64,000 nucleotides of DNA from Minutocellus sp. GHC0000111 (taxonomy: Eukaryota): positions 1,798,001 through 1,862,000 of the forward strand of contig OZ361258.1 of the NCBI GenBank assembly GCA_977018835.1, written 5' to 3'. Of this stretch, positions 1 through 10,090 are shown piece after piece (position 1 is the stretch's first letter; each line of letters opens with the position of its first letter). Both the position numbers and the translations under genes were made by a program. The notes beneath the pieces were generated by a model. It did not search any database and was not told where the DNA came from. It saw only the letters and a list, made by a program, of their open reading frames with translations.

Positions 1-2020
1 ATCGAACAGAACGATTCCTTCAAAGACCAAATGATTGAGGAAGTTGGCCTTACCGTCGTTCTCAAAGAGGTAGGTGAGACTCAGTTCCTCGGACGTTGCC
101 ACTATGTCAATGTCTCCGTCGCCGTTCATGTCGGCCGTTACGGCCACCACCACCTCGGGAATGCCGTCGAAGATGACCGTCTTTTCACCAAAGGTATAAT
201 TGCCATACGGGGACGACGAGGAGGGCAATGGTGGGGGGATCTGTCGGTACCAGCTCACCGAGGCATCGTCGGATGTGGCGGTGACTAGGTCCAGGAGGCC
301 ATCGCCATCTAGATCCGCCACCGTCACGTACTTGGCCTCCTCTAAGCCGGTAAGAAGCACGGAGTCCTGGTAGGTACCGTCAGGCAATTGTTGAAAAAGA
401 AAGATGGAACCATCGTCGTCGGATGCGACCAAGGTATCGAGGAGGCCATCGCCATTGAAATCAACAATGTCCAAACCTTCCGGAGTTTGCGGAAGGTCGG
501 AGATGGTGCTGCGTATAAAGGTGGGGTTAGGGGGTTGTGGCGAAGCAACCGCCGCGGCATCATCGGCTCCATCATCTGCGTCGGCGCTTGCGGTGTCCAC
601 GCCATTGTTCTCGAACAGCAGGACAAGTCCCATATCTTCCACGACCACCACAATGTCGACCAATCCATCGGCGTTCATGTCGGCCGCACGGATTGATTCC
701 ATATCGGGCAGCTCCGTGGCCAGGACCTGTCCCGTAAAGGTGATAGGAGAATTGGTATTGTCTTTGTTGTCACGGGGATTCTGCAGGTACAGGTAGAGCG
801 TCCCCATCTCCTTCTCGCTGACCACCACGTCGGGCAGACCGTCGCCGTTGAAATCGGCCACGTCGACGGACCCGATTTCCAATTCCAGCGCCTCGTCCTC
901 GAGGGGATGGACGACGTGTCTTCGTATTTCTGTCGTTGTCGTCGTATTTGTCGTTGTTGTTTCTTGTGTGTCATTATCTGCATTTGCTTCATCTCTCGGC
1001 AGGACGATAACCTGCTCCAGATATTCGACGCTGACGTGAGGCCAGTTGAGAGCGGCGATGACGTCAACCTTGGTCGAGTCGGCACCGCCAACGCCACCAC
1101 CGCCGCCGATAACGGTGGCCAGCGCCGCACTGGACAGGTCGTCCCCGACCAGCACATTTTGTTGGACGCATCCTGGGAACAAGTCTGGCTGGGCCTGGAC
1201 TCCGCCGTTGGTACTAGTGTTGCCATTGGCATTGCCATCTGCTCCCACGGTCGCTTCACTTGCACCATTACTGCCACCGCCATCAGTGCTGCCCCTCGCC
1301 GTGACCGCGACGGCCGTGGCAATGGCCACCACGGCCACGACGAAAACGACCACCGCACCCCCCAGCACCATCCTCCGCTTGCTGGCCCGATGCCGATCGT
1401 CGAGCTCTCGCTTCGTCTCCTCCTTGGCCTGATCGACCAGCCGCTGCTCGTGCCGGGCGATGGCATCGGAGTCCATGACGACGACATCGGATGCCGTATT
1501 CGTACCGCTGGCAAGGGTCGGGGCCGTCGTGGCGTGGGCGGATTCGGACCCGACCGACGGCGGCTGCGGTCATCGTTTCGGCCTCGCCTGCGCCTGCGGC
1601 TTCTGCCTCTGCGACCATCTGATGGTCATCCATATCAAAATCAACGTCGTCGTTTACCTCGCTGGCGATCGGTACCGCCACCGCGTCGGTGATGACGGCC
1701 TCGTGCTCATGGTGCTCTACGGACGGCTGCTGGTGGCTACTCATGCTGCTGCCATGACGTTCATGCCTCGAACCTCCTCCAGCTCCTCCACCGCCAACTC
1801 CGGCCGCCTCGACGACGGCACCGGACGAGGCGGCGGACGACAGGCCGTCCAGGGGGGTGGGGAAGACGCGGAACGCGCCCGGCTGCGATTGCGATCGGGA
1901 GGATGCGGCAGACGCGGACGCGGACGCGGACGCCGAAGCTGGAGGATTGGGAGTGGGAGGGATCTCCTCCGTGTCCTCCTTGCGACTGCCGCCACCAATA
2001 GTAGGCCGAGTTTTCGCCAT
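1..2020 (-). CDS. Type II membrane protein with FG-GAP/VCBS-like repeats (runs off the window start; one frameshift at about 1555-1572)
   Basis: ATG at 2020 (MAKTRPTIGG, QPGAFRV motif). After a frame change near 1560 a stop-free frame runs to base 1. It encodes a TM helix (RRMVLGGAVVVFVVAVVAIATAVAVT) and five Ca-binding blade motifs: DFNGDGLPD, DMNADGLVD, DFNGDGLLD, DLDGDGLLD, DMNGDGDID. This frame is absent from the ORF track because it has no stop in the window. Confidence 0.8.
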
Positions 2021-2804
2021 GCTGCAATGGCTTTGCGTTTTGGCGTTGCTTCTATTCTTATTGATGTCGGAGAGGCGAGCCAATGCGATGAAATGCAATA
2101 ATGCGATTCGATGCTTGACTCGGCTCGGACTTTCGGACCAAAGGAAATTGTGCAAAGATAATGGTTACCGCGTACTGCGGCTTCGGCGAAATAGCAGTGG
2201 CGATGCAGGGGCCGCGTGCCATGCGCCCAGAGCGAGGCAGGCTCAGAGTGAGGCTCAATGCGTTACCTGGTACCTACTACTAGTACGTAGCTACGTAGGT
2301 AGTTGTTGTTGCGTACTTGTGCCAGGCCATGACGCGGAGGCGGGAGAGGGGCTGTTGTACTGTTCATCGCAATCTGACACATCCGGACAAAATGCGGAAG
2401 CGCGACGGGAACATAAAGCTCGTCATCAAAGCAATCTCGGCACAGAAAAAAAATGACGAAATGAGCACGCCGCAGATGGCAAGAAAGATACACCAGCCCC
2501 CTCGAGAAAGATGCACATTGATACGACTATTGATACGATTGTTTGTTATTGACCTCTGCGCCGTTTTCGGCAGGACGCCCATCTTTCTCGATCGGCTCCA
2601 GTGCCTTGATACGACCATCTCACCTGATACGACAGAGCATAGCACCATAGCATCTTTCTCGACTCGACTCCCCACATCGCTCACAATACAAGGCGGCCGA
2701 CAGCCGATTGATCCTCATTCATTATCCATTCCATCTCTTTCTCCATCATCATCGTCAATCGATCCATTCGTTTTCGAATAATACCAACACATATACACCC
2801 GATC

Positions 2805-5466
2805 ATGTTCTTTGTCCAAAAGAAGTATCTTCTCGTCGTGTTCTTGGCCCAATGCGTCGGCTCGGCCCAGTCGCAGTGCCAGATGGCCAACGATTGCAAC
2901 GAGTGCCTCAACAAAGTGAAGCCTCTGGGCGACAGGTGCACGGTGCGCACATACAAAAAATGGAGCTAGTTGCAATACATTCGTGATGTTTTGTGATGAT
3001 TAATTCTCCATGCCTTTGGATCCTTGCATTGACATCTTACTATAGCGAGGCCATGGTCAATCTGTCGTTTTTTTTTGGACGTGCTAGAGATATGTATCGT
3101 ATCCCCTTGTATTGTTAGCCCAATGAGGACAGAAAACGATTTCCCTCACTTATTGCCTTTTTTCCCCTCCCCTCCCCTCCAAAACATCCGTGTAATTGCA
3201 GTGGTTCGAAGATATTTCCTCCTGCGTCGAAGGAGGTCCCTGCTTTTCCAACGGTGGATGTGGTGCTACCAAGTGCACCGATCCCGAGCCAACTTGTCCC
3301 GGCAAGGACAAAGGGCAGTGCGACGACTTCCCTCGCAACCCCTACAAATGCGGTGCTGATTCATGCGTGTACGGCAACGTCTGTCTCGTCAAGGATGCCG
3401 GCTTTGACATCGATGCCGACTGTTGTCAGGCGCCCGATCCTGGTGCATGCCTGTCCATCTACGATCCCGTCTTCTGCGGCGGAGGCGACAATGTATGCCC
3501 CTATTCCAACCTTTGCCTGGCCGAGCTCGCCGGATACAGCGAGAAGTAGTGCTCTTCGGTGTCGGACCCTGGCGTTGTCTGTCCCGCCGATGTTTTGGAG
3601 TGCCCAGGAGGAGAAACGCTGAACCGTGACCCTGAGAACGACTGCCAGTTTCCATCTTGCCCCTGCGATAGCATTGCCGACTGCCGCGATTGCCTCGACG
3701 AGAAGTGCGCCTGGGTTCCAGGAGTCAATGGCAAAGAAGGCGGCTGTGCCAAGAACTGCAACAAGGTACCCGCTGATGTCCCCTGCTTCTTCCACAAGTT
3801 TGGCGATGATGCCGATACGTGCCCTGCGGACATGTGCCCCACTGATATTTTGGTTTGCCCAGGAGGGGAAACGCTGAACCGCGATCCGAACAACAACTGC
3901 AAGTTCCCATCCTGCCCCTGCGATACCATTGGCAGCTGTGCCGATTGTCTCGACGAGAAGTGCGCCTGGTCGCCAGAGCTCAACGGCGGCAACGGTGGCT
4001 GTGCCAAGAATTGCAACAAGGTACCCGCCGATGCCTCCTGCTTCTTCCACAAGTTTGACCATGATGCCGATACATGTCCCGTGGACACAATTGTATGGGA
4101 ACAGGCAGCCCCTGCCCTAGCGTCGCGAAGGGACGGCGACTACTTTGGATCGAACAACCAGCTCGATGCCACTGGCACTCGTTTCCTGGTAAGTGCCAAG
4201 AAATCCAGCGGGGCGTCTGGGCTCAAGGAGGCAGGAATGGTCAAGGTGTACGACGTCTGGAGCAATGGGACCATGAGGCAGGTTGGTCAGACCCTGTATG
4301 GGTTTAGAGACGGCGATGAGGTCCAAGGGGTCTTGTCTAAAAGTGGAAAGCGACTCGCCATGTTTACTCCCAACCGAGATGGCAACGCAGGGCGGGTATG
4401 GATCTATGAACTACGGTCGGGCAACTGGGTTGAGATTGGTAAGATTGAGAGGCCTAAAAATTCCGGGGAGCGGTTTGGCTCCGCTGTCGCAATATCCAGA
4501 GGAGGAGGAATAATTGTCGTGGGTTCCTCATTTGCCAACAATAAGAAAGGAAAAGTTTCGGTCTTCCAATATGCGGGAGGGACGGTCTGGAATCAGCTCG
4601 GATCCGACATTCTAGGTAATTTTGTGGGTGGCAAATTTGGCTGGAGTATCGACATTGCAAGCGATGCGAGTACACCCACCTTTGTTGTCGGGGAGAAGAG
4701 CGACGATGCAGGAGACAACTCGGGCCGTCCAGGCCAGGCCCAAACTTATCGGTGGAATCGCAGCAACGCCAAGTGGAGACTGGTCGGTAATCCGATCCGA
4801 GGCCAAAATCCCGGCGATTCCTTCGGTAGGGATGTCGCTATCTCTTCGGATGGTCTGACGATTGTGTCAGGTGCCCGATTCTACGGAAATAAGGACAAAG
4901 GCGGCGCATTTGGCTTTAATTATCTAGGTGGTGGCGCGTGGATCAGCCAGGGTGGGATTGTTGGAGACTCAGCTGGTGATGAACTCTTTATTGTGGCAAT
5001 GAATGCAGCGGGAGATAGAATCGCTGTTGGTAGCGGTTCTGGACTCGGGTACGTCAAGGTGTTCGACTACGGTCCATCTATTTCCGGCGCCGGAGCTTGG
5101 ACTCAGATTGGAGAGACTCTCCGAGGCCAGGCCTATGGTGAGAACTTTGGCTCGGATATTTCAATGTCCGCCGATGGAGAGACCTTGTTGGTCGGCTCGC
5201 CAAGTCGTGACAACCTCAACCAGCCTGGTTCTGTTCGTCTCTACAAACTGACGCGTAAGGCTCAAGGAGGATATCCAAAATACCCTCACATCAGCCCAAC
5301 CATTCAGTCTGCTGGTGATCAGTCCGCTGGTGATGATTATAGCCTTGGGATTTCCTCCATCAGCGACAAAGGAACTCGTGATATTGATACAACCAGCCCC
5401 GGCGCAACGATGAAGGCTTCTTTTGCCTTTTCTATTGTTATTATTTTTACCACTGCTCTTCTCTAG
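2805..5466 (+). CDS. Secreted, probably GPI-anchored Cys-rich mosaic protein (PSI-like and Kazal-like modules, FG-GAP-type beta-propeller); in-frame TAG at 3547-3549
   Basis: Signal peptide MFFVQKKYLLVVFLAQCVGSAQS. Intron 2943-3201 (GT..AG, phase 0, joins DRCT|WFED). ORFs 3196-3549 and 3559-5466 are in the same frame. Kazal-like CLSIYDPVFCGG..YSNLCLA; repeated FGxxVxIS..G..hVVG blades; hydrophobic C-terminal tail. Confidence 0.8.
3580..4086 (+). repeat. Intragenic tandem duplication, 2 x 255 bp (Cys-rich module)
   Basis: TGCCCAGGAGG at 3601 and 3856; CPxDxLxCPGGETLNRDP..CxFPSCPC..CLDEKCAW..GGCAKNCNKVPAD occurs twice. Confidence 0.9.
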
Positions 5467-5578
5467 GAATAGAAAGGCCAAGAGTGGACTCTGCAACATA
5501 GGATTAGAAGTTTAAGTCAATTTAGAGAATATGTGGCATATGAATCTTTTATACTGCTACCATTAGATCTACCAGTTG

Positions 5579-8068
5579 CTACCCCTTCCGTCTCGCAGGA
5601 ACGCCCTTCTTGAGTCGCAAAACAATCACATTCTTTGGAACCTTGTAGCTCCCACCTTTGGCACCGCCGTGGCTGCTTCGGCCTTCCGCTCCTCCGGTGA
5701 GCAGAACTCGCAGTTCTTCTCCCAGATGTCCTTGGAAGCCAACTTCCACATAGTTCTTCTTCTTTACAGCCTCCCGCCCATTTTGCTTGGGATCCTCATC
5801 GATCGTGGCGGATGTGGCAAATCGTTTGGAAACATCACTGGCAAAGGATACTGGGTTGATGCCATAGTCTTCCAAGTTGCGAACAAAAGTAATGTTCTTA
5901 TTCTTCCTGCCACGAATTGTTGTGACCTCAACAACAATTTTGGGTGGCACACCTCTCTCCAGCTTTACTATCTTGCTGCCAGGCATCTCTACGAGGGCGT
6001 ATGCCACATCCAGTTTCTTGACGAACAGTTCATGAGCATCTTTTCGACTGGCTTTCGTGGGGAAGTCACCACGTCTGCCAGCATCACCAGCGGCGGCGCG
6101 CTCTTTCTTGCTCCGTCCGTAGAGCAAATCGCACAAGGTTGCATCGAGGCGAATGTCGGCAGTACCAGACCCATCGTCAAGACCTTCCTTCGATATATAG
6201 TGCTCAAGACACTCTCTCACTTCTGGCTTGGTGAGGAAACCAGTTCCTCTTCGTTCTGGCGCTTTTGCATTCTCGGCCAATACGAGGTCGTCAGGAATGC
6301 CCAGGCTGGATGATATTCGAGATGGGATAATATGAAGAGTAACTATCGCGGTCTTGCTCGTGGTGGACTTCCCATCGGTGCCGCCCGCAGCCTCTATCTC
6401 TTTCTTCCTTTGTTTTCGGGCATCTTTTAGACTAACATGACCCTTGTTGATCGAGGTCAGGGTCTGGTTGTCCTTGGTAGTTACAATGCCCAGTGCAGCC
6501 TGCTCAGCCAAGAACGGACCAAACTTCTTCCATCGGCTCTGTTTGATATCCAGTGTAGTCCCTTCGGGCCGAGCCGCTAGAACGTGGTTTGCATAAAATG
6601 TCGACACTGGCATCGGTAATGATGACGGCGACAGACTGACAACTGCTCGCTGGAAACATTCCAAGAGGAGGTCGCTCTGCACTTGGGTTGGATCCTCCTC
6701 CTCTTCCTCCTCCTCTTCCGAAGAAGAAGAAGATTCGTCATTTTTGGCACCATCAGCATCTGCTGGCTCAGCATTCATTTGGTCATCATCCTTTCCATCT
6801 ACCCCTTCGCCGCTTGCTTGCTCATCGTCGACATTCATGGACGCAGCCGCTTCTTCAATATCGGCAGTACATGTACCATCTTCGACATGTGCACTAGAAC
6901 TTTCCTCGCCATCGCTGTCTTCGTCATCCTCTTCAGACGTTCGGCTGAGACCCAGCACATACCGACCATCCTTGCCAGCGTCCACAAAGCCAACGTTTCC
7001 ATAGCATCCATCGTCGTAGGATCCTCCAAAGACACTCTGACTTCCTTCATCTCCGCCTCCAATTTCCGACAGTTCCCTCATCATTTCCCTTGTCCAATCA
7101 TCTCCGAAACAAGAAATGATGTTAACTCCGCTTCCTTTGGATCCCTCACCGACGATAGGTGATTCGGTGCTATTGTTACCAGCGCCAAGCAAGTCAGGAT
7201 GAAGCAATCCAACAGCAAATGGCTGAGGATTCGACGCAACCCTCACAGCCACCACGGCATTCTCGGCACGTCTCTTGTTATTGTCAGCTTTGGAAGACAG
7301 TGTCTCCAAGACGCGCTGCAAATTGTTGGCACCCATCCCACCCCTCATCAAATTTGCTCCCCTGCACAGATATTTGCTTGTATAAGAATTGACCACAACG
7401 TCTGGCAAAATATTGGGAAGGACCGAGAGCGTCGCAATGGAGGGAATGAGACTGACTGATCGCGTATCCGAATGTTCAACCTCAAAGACCACTGGAAGAG
7501 GAACGATATATGGCCAGGAGCTGGTGGTTACAATAATTTGATTTGAATCACCGCCATCGTCGTCATTATCGCTCTGCCCATTGCGAATACCATCACTACC
7601 ATTGGACTTGTTCGGAGAACGAATGTAGACAGTAATCCTCGCCTCGCCGCTCTTTCCTCCTAGCACGGCCGTTGTGTCGGCTGGCCTGAGCTTGCGAGCA
7701 GATAGCTCCACGGACGAGTCAGTGAATAAAGAATCCAGCAGTCCGTCGACGGTTGCATTAGATTCTTTAGCGTACAACTCAGCAAAGCGACTGCGAAGCT
7801 TGCGCTTATCGGACTTGCGAAGAGGCACATCGAGAGCAGAACCACCGCCGCCGTCGCCACCGCCAGATGAGCCTTGATTTCGCTTGCCATTGCGCTTGGA
7901 CGAAGGCGCAGCAGGAGCCGTCGCCTTTGTCCCCGAAGACGAATGCGAGCCCGTTGCAGTTCCCTCCTTGTGAAACTTGCTTGGGGTGCCTGCTGCGATG
8001 GATACGAGGCAACGCAAAAAATGAGGTGAAAGAACGCGGGTCGGCACACACCGCGCTCTTTGTCCCAT
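5579..8068 (-). CDS. EIF2D: Eukaryotic translation initiation factor 2D (ligatin): PUA, SWIB and SUI1 domains
   Basis: PLRKSDKRKLR N-terminal motif, LCRGANLMRGG (PUA), LDIKQSRWKKFGPFL, SWIB-like LDATLCDLL, SUI1-like NKNITFVRNLEDYGIN...VGFQGH. Intronless 829-aa ORF; start codon uncertain. Confidence 0.9.
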   Translation of the reverse strand: MGQRARCVPTRVLSPHFLRCLVSIAAGTPSKFHKEGTATGSHSSSGTKATAPAAPSSKRNGKRNQGSSGGGDGGGGSALDVPLRKSDKRKLRSRFAELYAKESNATVDGLLDSLFTDSSVELSARKLRPADTTAVLGGKSGEARITVYIRSPNKSNGSDGIRNGQSDNDDDGGDSNQIIVTTSSWPYIVPLPVVFEVEHSDTRSVSLIPSIATLSVLPNILPDVVVNSYTSKYLCRGANLMRGGMGANNLQRVLETLSSKADNNKRRAENAVVAVRVASNPQPFAVGLLHPDLLGAGNNSTESPIVGEGSKGSGVNIISCFGDDWTREMMRELSEIGGGDEGSQSVFGGSYDDGCYGNVGFVDAGKDGRYVLGLSRTSEEDDEDSDGEESSSAHVEDGTCTADIEEAAASMNVDDEQASGEGVDGKDDDQMNAEPADADGAKNDESSSSSEEEEEEEEDPTQVQSDLLLECFQRAVVSLSPSSLPMPVSTFYANHVLAARPEGTTLDIKQSRWKKFGPFLAEQAALGIVTTKDNQTLTSINKGHVSLKDARKQRKKEIEAAGGTDGKSTTSKTAIVTLHIIPSRISSSLGIPDDLVLAENAKAPERRGTGFLTKPEVRECLEHYISKEGLDDGSGTADIRLDATLCDLLYGRSKKERAAAGDAGRRGDFPTKASRKDAHELFVKKLDVAYALVEMPGSKIVKLERGVPPKIVVEVTTIRGRKNKNITFVRNLEDYGINPVSFASDVSKRFATSATIDEDPKQNGREAVKKKNYVEVGFQGHLGEELRVLLTGGAEGRSSHGGAKGGSYKVPKNVIVLRLKKGVPARRKG

Positions 8069-8223
8069 AACCTATTAGAGTCTTGATCCCTCTGCCATAG
8101 TACTCCAATAATACCGGTAACCCCCAACATGCATCGAGAAGAAAGTAATTCCTCTGCTATATACATACTGCCGGTGCTGCCACCCTGCATAGATACTACA
8201 CATCTTTAGACTTACCTAGGTAC

Positions 8224-9574
8224 TTATGTATGATGCCATTGAACGCCTTCTCGCCACGTTGTCTTCACAGCATCCGTCCGATATCTTTGGGTGCACCAGC
8301 TGTCCTCCAGCTTGGTCTGTTGGCCGAACTGCAGCGCAAAGATGCCCGCCTGTGCAATCATGGCACCGTTATCGATGCAGTAGCGGGCATCCATGGCACA
8401 GAGTGTGCCACCTCGTTCTCGCACCATGTCGGCCATCATTTCTTGGAGACGCTTGTTGCATCCCACCCCACCCACAATCAGCACTTGATTCTGCCCCGTG
8501 TGAGCCATTGCTCGCTCGGTAATCTCGACGAGCATGGCAAACAGGGTCTCCTGCAGAGAATAGCACAGATCGGCCTTGGTAATGTTGGAATCTGGCGCCA
8601 AAAGCTTCTTGGCTTCGGTTTCCACGTACGTTAGAATTCCAGAGAAGGACACGTCCATTCCCTTGACAACATAAGGCATGTCCACCAAGGTATCTCCTCT
8701 GCATTCCTTGGCCAACTGTTCGAAATTGTATCCCGGCGAAGGGTCGTTGCTCAGTCCAATCACCCGTGCAAACCGATCCAAACAATTTCCAATGGCAATA
8801 TCAATGGTTTCTCCGAATATGCGATATCGTTGATCCGAGTAAGCGATGACTGAAATGAAATATTTGCATGAAGCATAGAGAGTAAAGAGATTTGAGTGAG
8901 CAAATCATGTATTTGAACATAAAAAAACGGAAGTTTCGTCAAGAAAATACCTAAGCGATAGATATCGTTGCAGACCAGCGCACGACGCACGTACCCTGGG
9001 TGTTTCCTCCACTGACGTACAAAACAACTGGATTGGGACTGTGGCAGGCGACCCGTCCCATCTCGATATGACCGACGCAGTGGTTGACACCGATCAATGG
9101 CACGTCCCACATCAACGATAGAGTACGAGCGGCAACGGCACAAGAGCGGAGGGGACCGCCCATCCCAGGTCCCTTGGTGAAGGCAATGCCGCTCAAATGT
9201 CGCTGCGGTTGTGACTCGTCCGGATAGGCCTCCGTCAGAGCCGCCCGTACCAGCGCCACGACGTGATGCTGATGATGCCACGCCGTCTCTCGGGGGAGAA
9301 AACCCATCCCGGCCGGACTGATATACGTCTTGCGGGGGTTGGACAGCGTTTCGTACGTGTCTGTATTGGGATCGTATTGGAGGACGCCGACGCCAATCTT
9401 GTTGGCCGATCCCTCGATGCCCAGGATGACCGTCTTGTTGCCATGGGCATCGTCCGAGGTTTTGTATTGCATCTCCGGTGGTAGCGATGATATGGGTGGG
9501 ATCGGAAGGTTGCCGATTGCCGCCGCTGGCGTCGGCTTGTCAGTTGGCATGAGAGTACTACTGCTGCTGGACAT
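8224..9574 (-). CDS. KAE1: tRNA N6-adenosine threonylcarbamoyltransferase (KEOPS catalytic subunit)
   Basis: [63 protein letters not shown]. One intron at 8994-8850 (GTACGT..TTTCAG) restores the frame. Confidence 0.97.
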
Positions 9575-10090
9575 GATGATGGTAAATTACTGGATGAAAT
9601 GGGCGACACGTGACGGCCGATACTAGCCAGAGTACGCGTCACGAGTTGAGTTGAGTTCAGTTGTGAAATGCTGCTTGGCATCGGCAAAATCGAGAGCTGC
9701 TGAGCTAGCTGCTGCATGCAGACTGCAGTGCAGAGCGCGCAAGTCCGTCCATCAACCGGCTATGATGGCTCATCATGGCTCGCCATCGCCATGCACCTGC
9801 ATGCTCAAAACATATCATGAGCAACCAATGGCTGAAACCATGACGCGACGGCTTGCATAGTCCTACAAAAAGAATGGCGCCGAGCGAGAGGGCATAAACC
9901 CCCTTCGCTTCTTCGGCCGAGCTACTTGGCGCATAAGAGGTAGCGTCCTCCGAGACGAATCGCAGCTTTATTATCTTCGCCTGAAAGAGAGAAAGCGTGA
10001 CGTGCGTCAAGTTCGTTGGCCGCAAATTCGTTGACACAAACAACCTACTACGTAGTACCAGCACATTAGTTGTCAGTTAGAGGCCAAACG

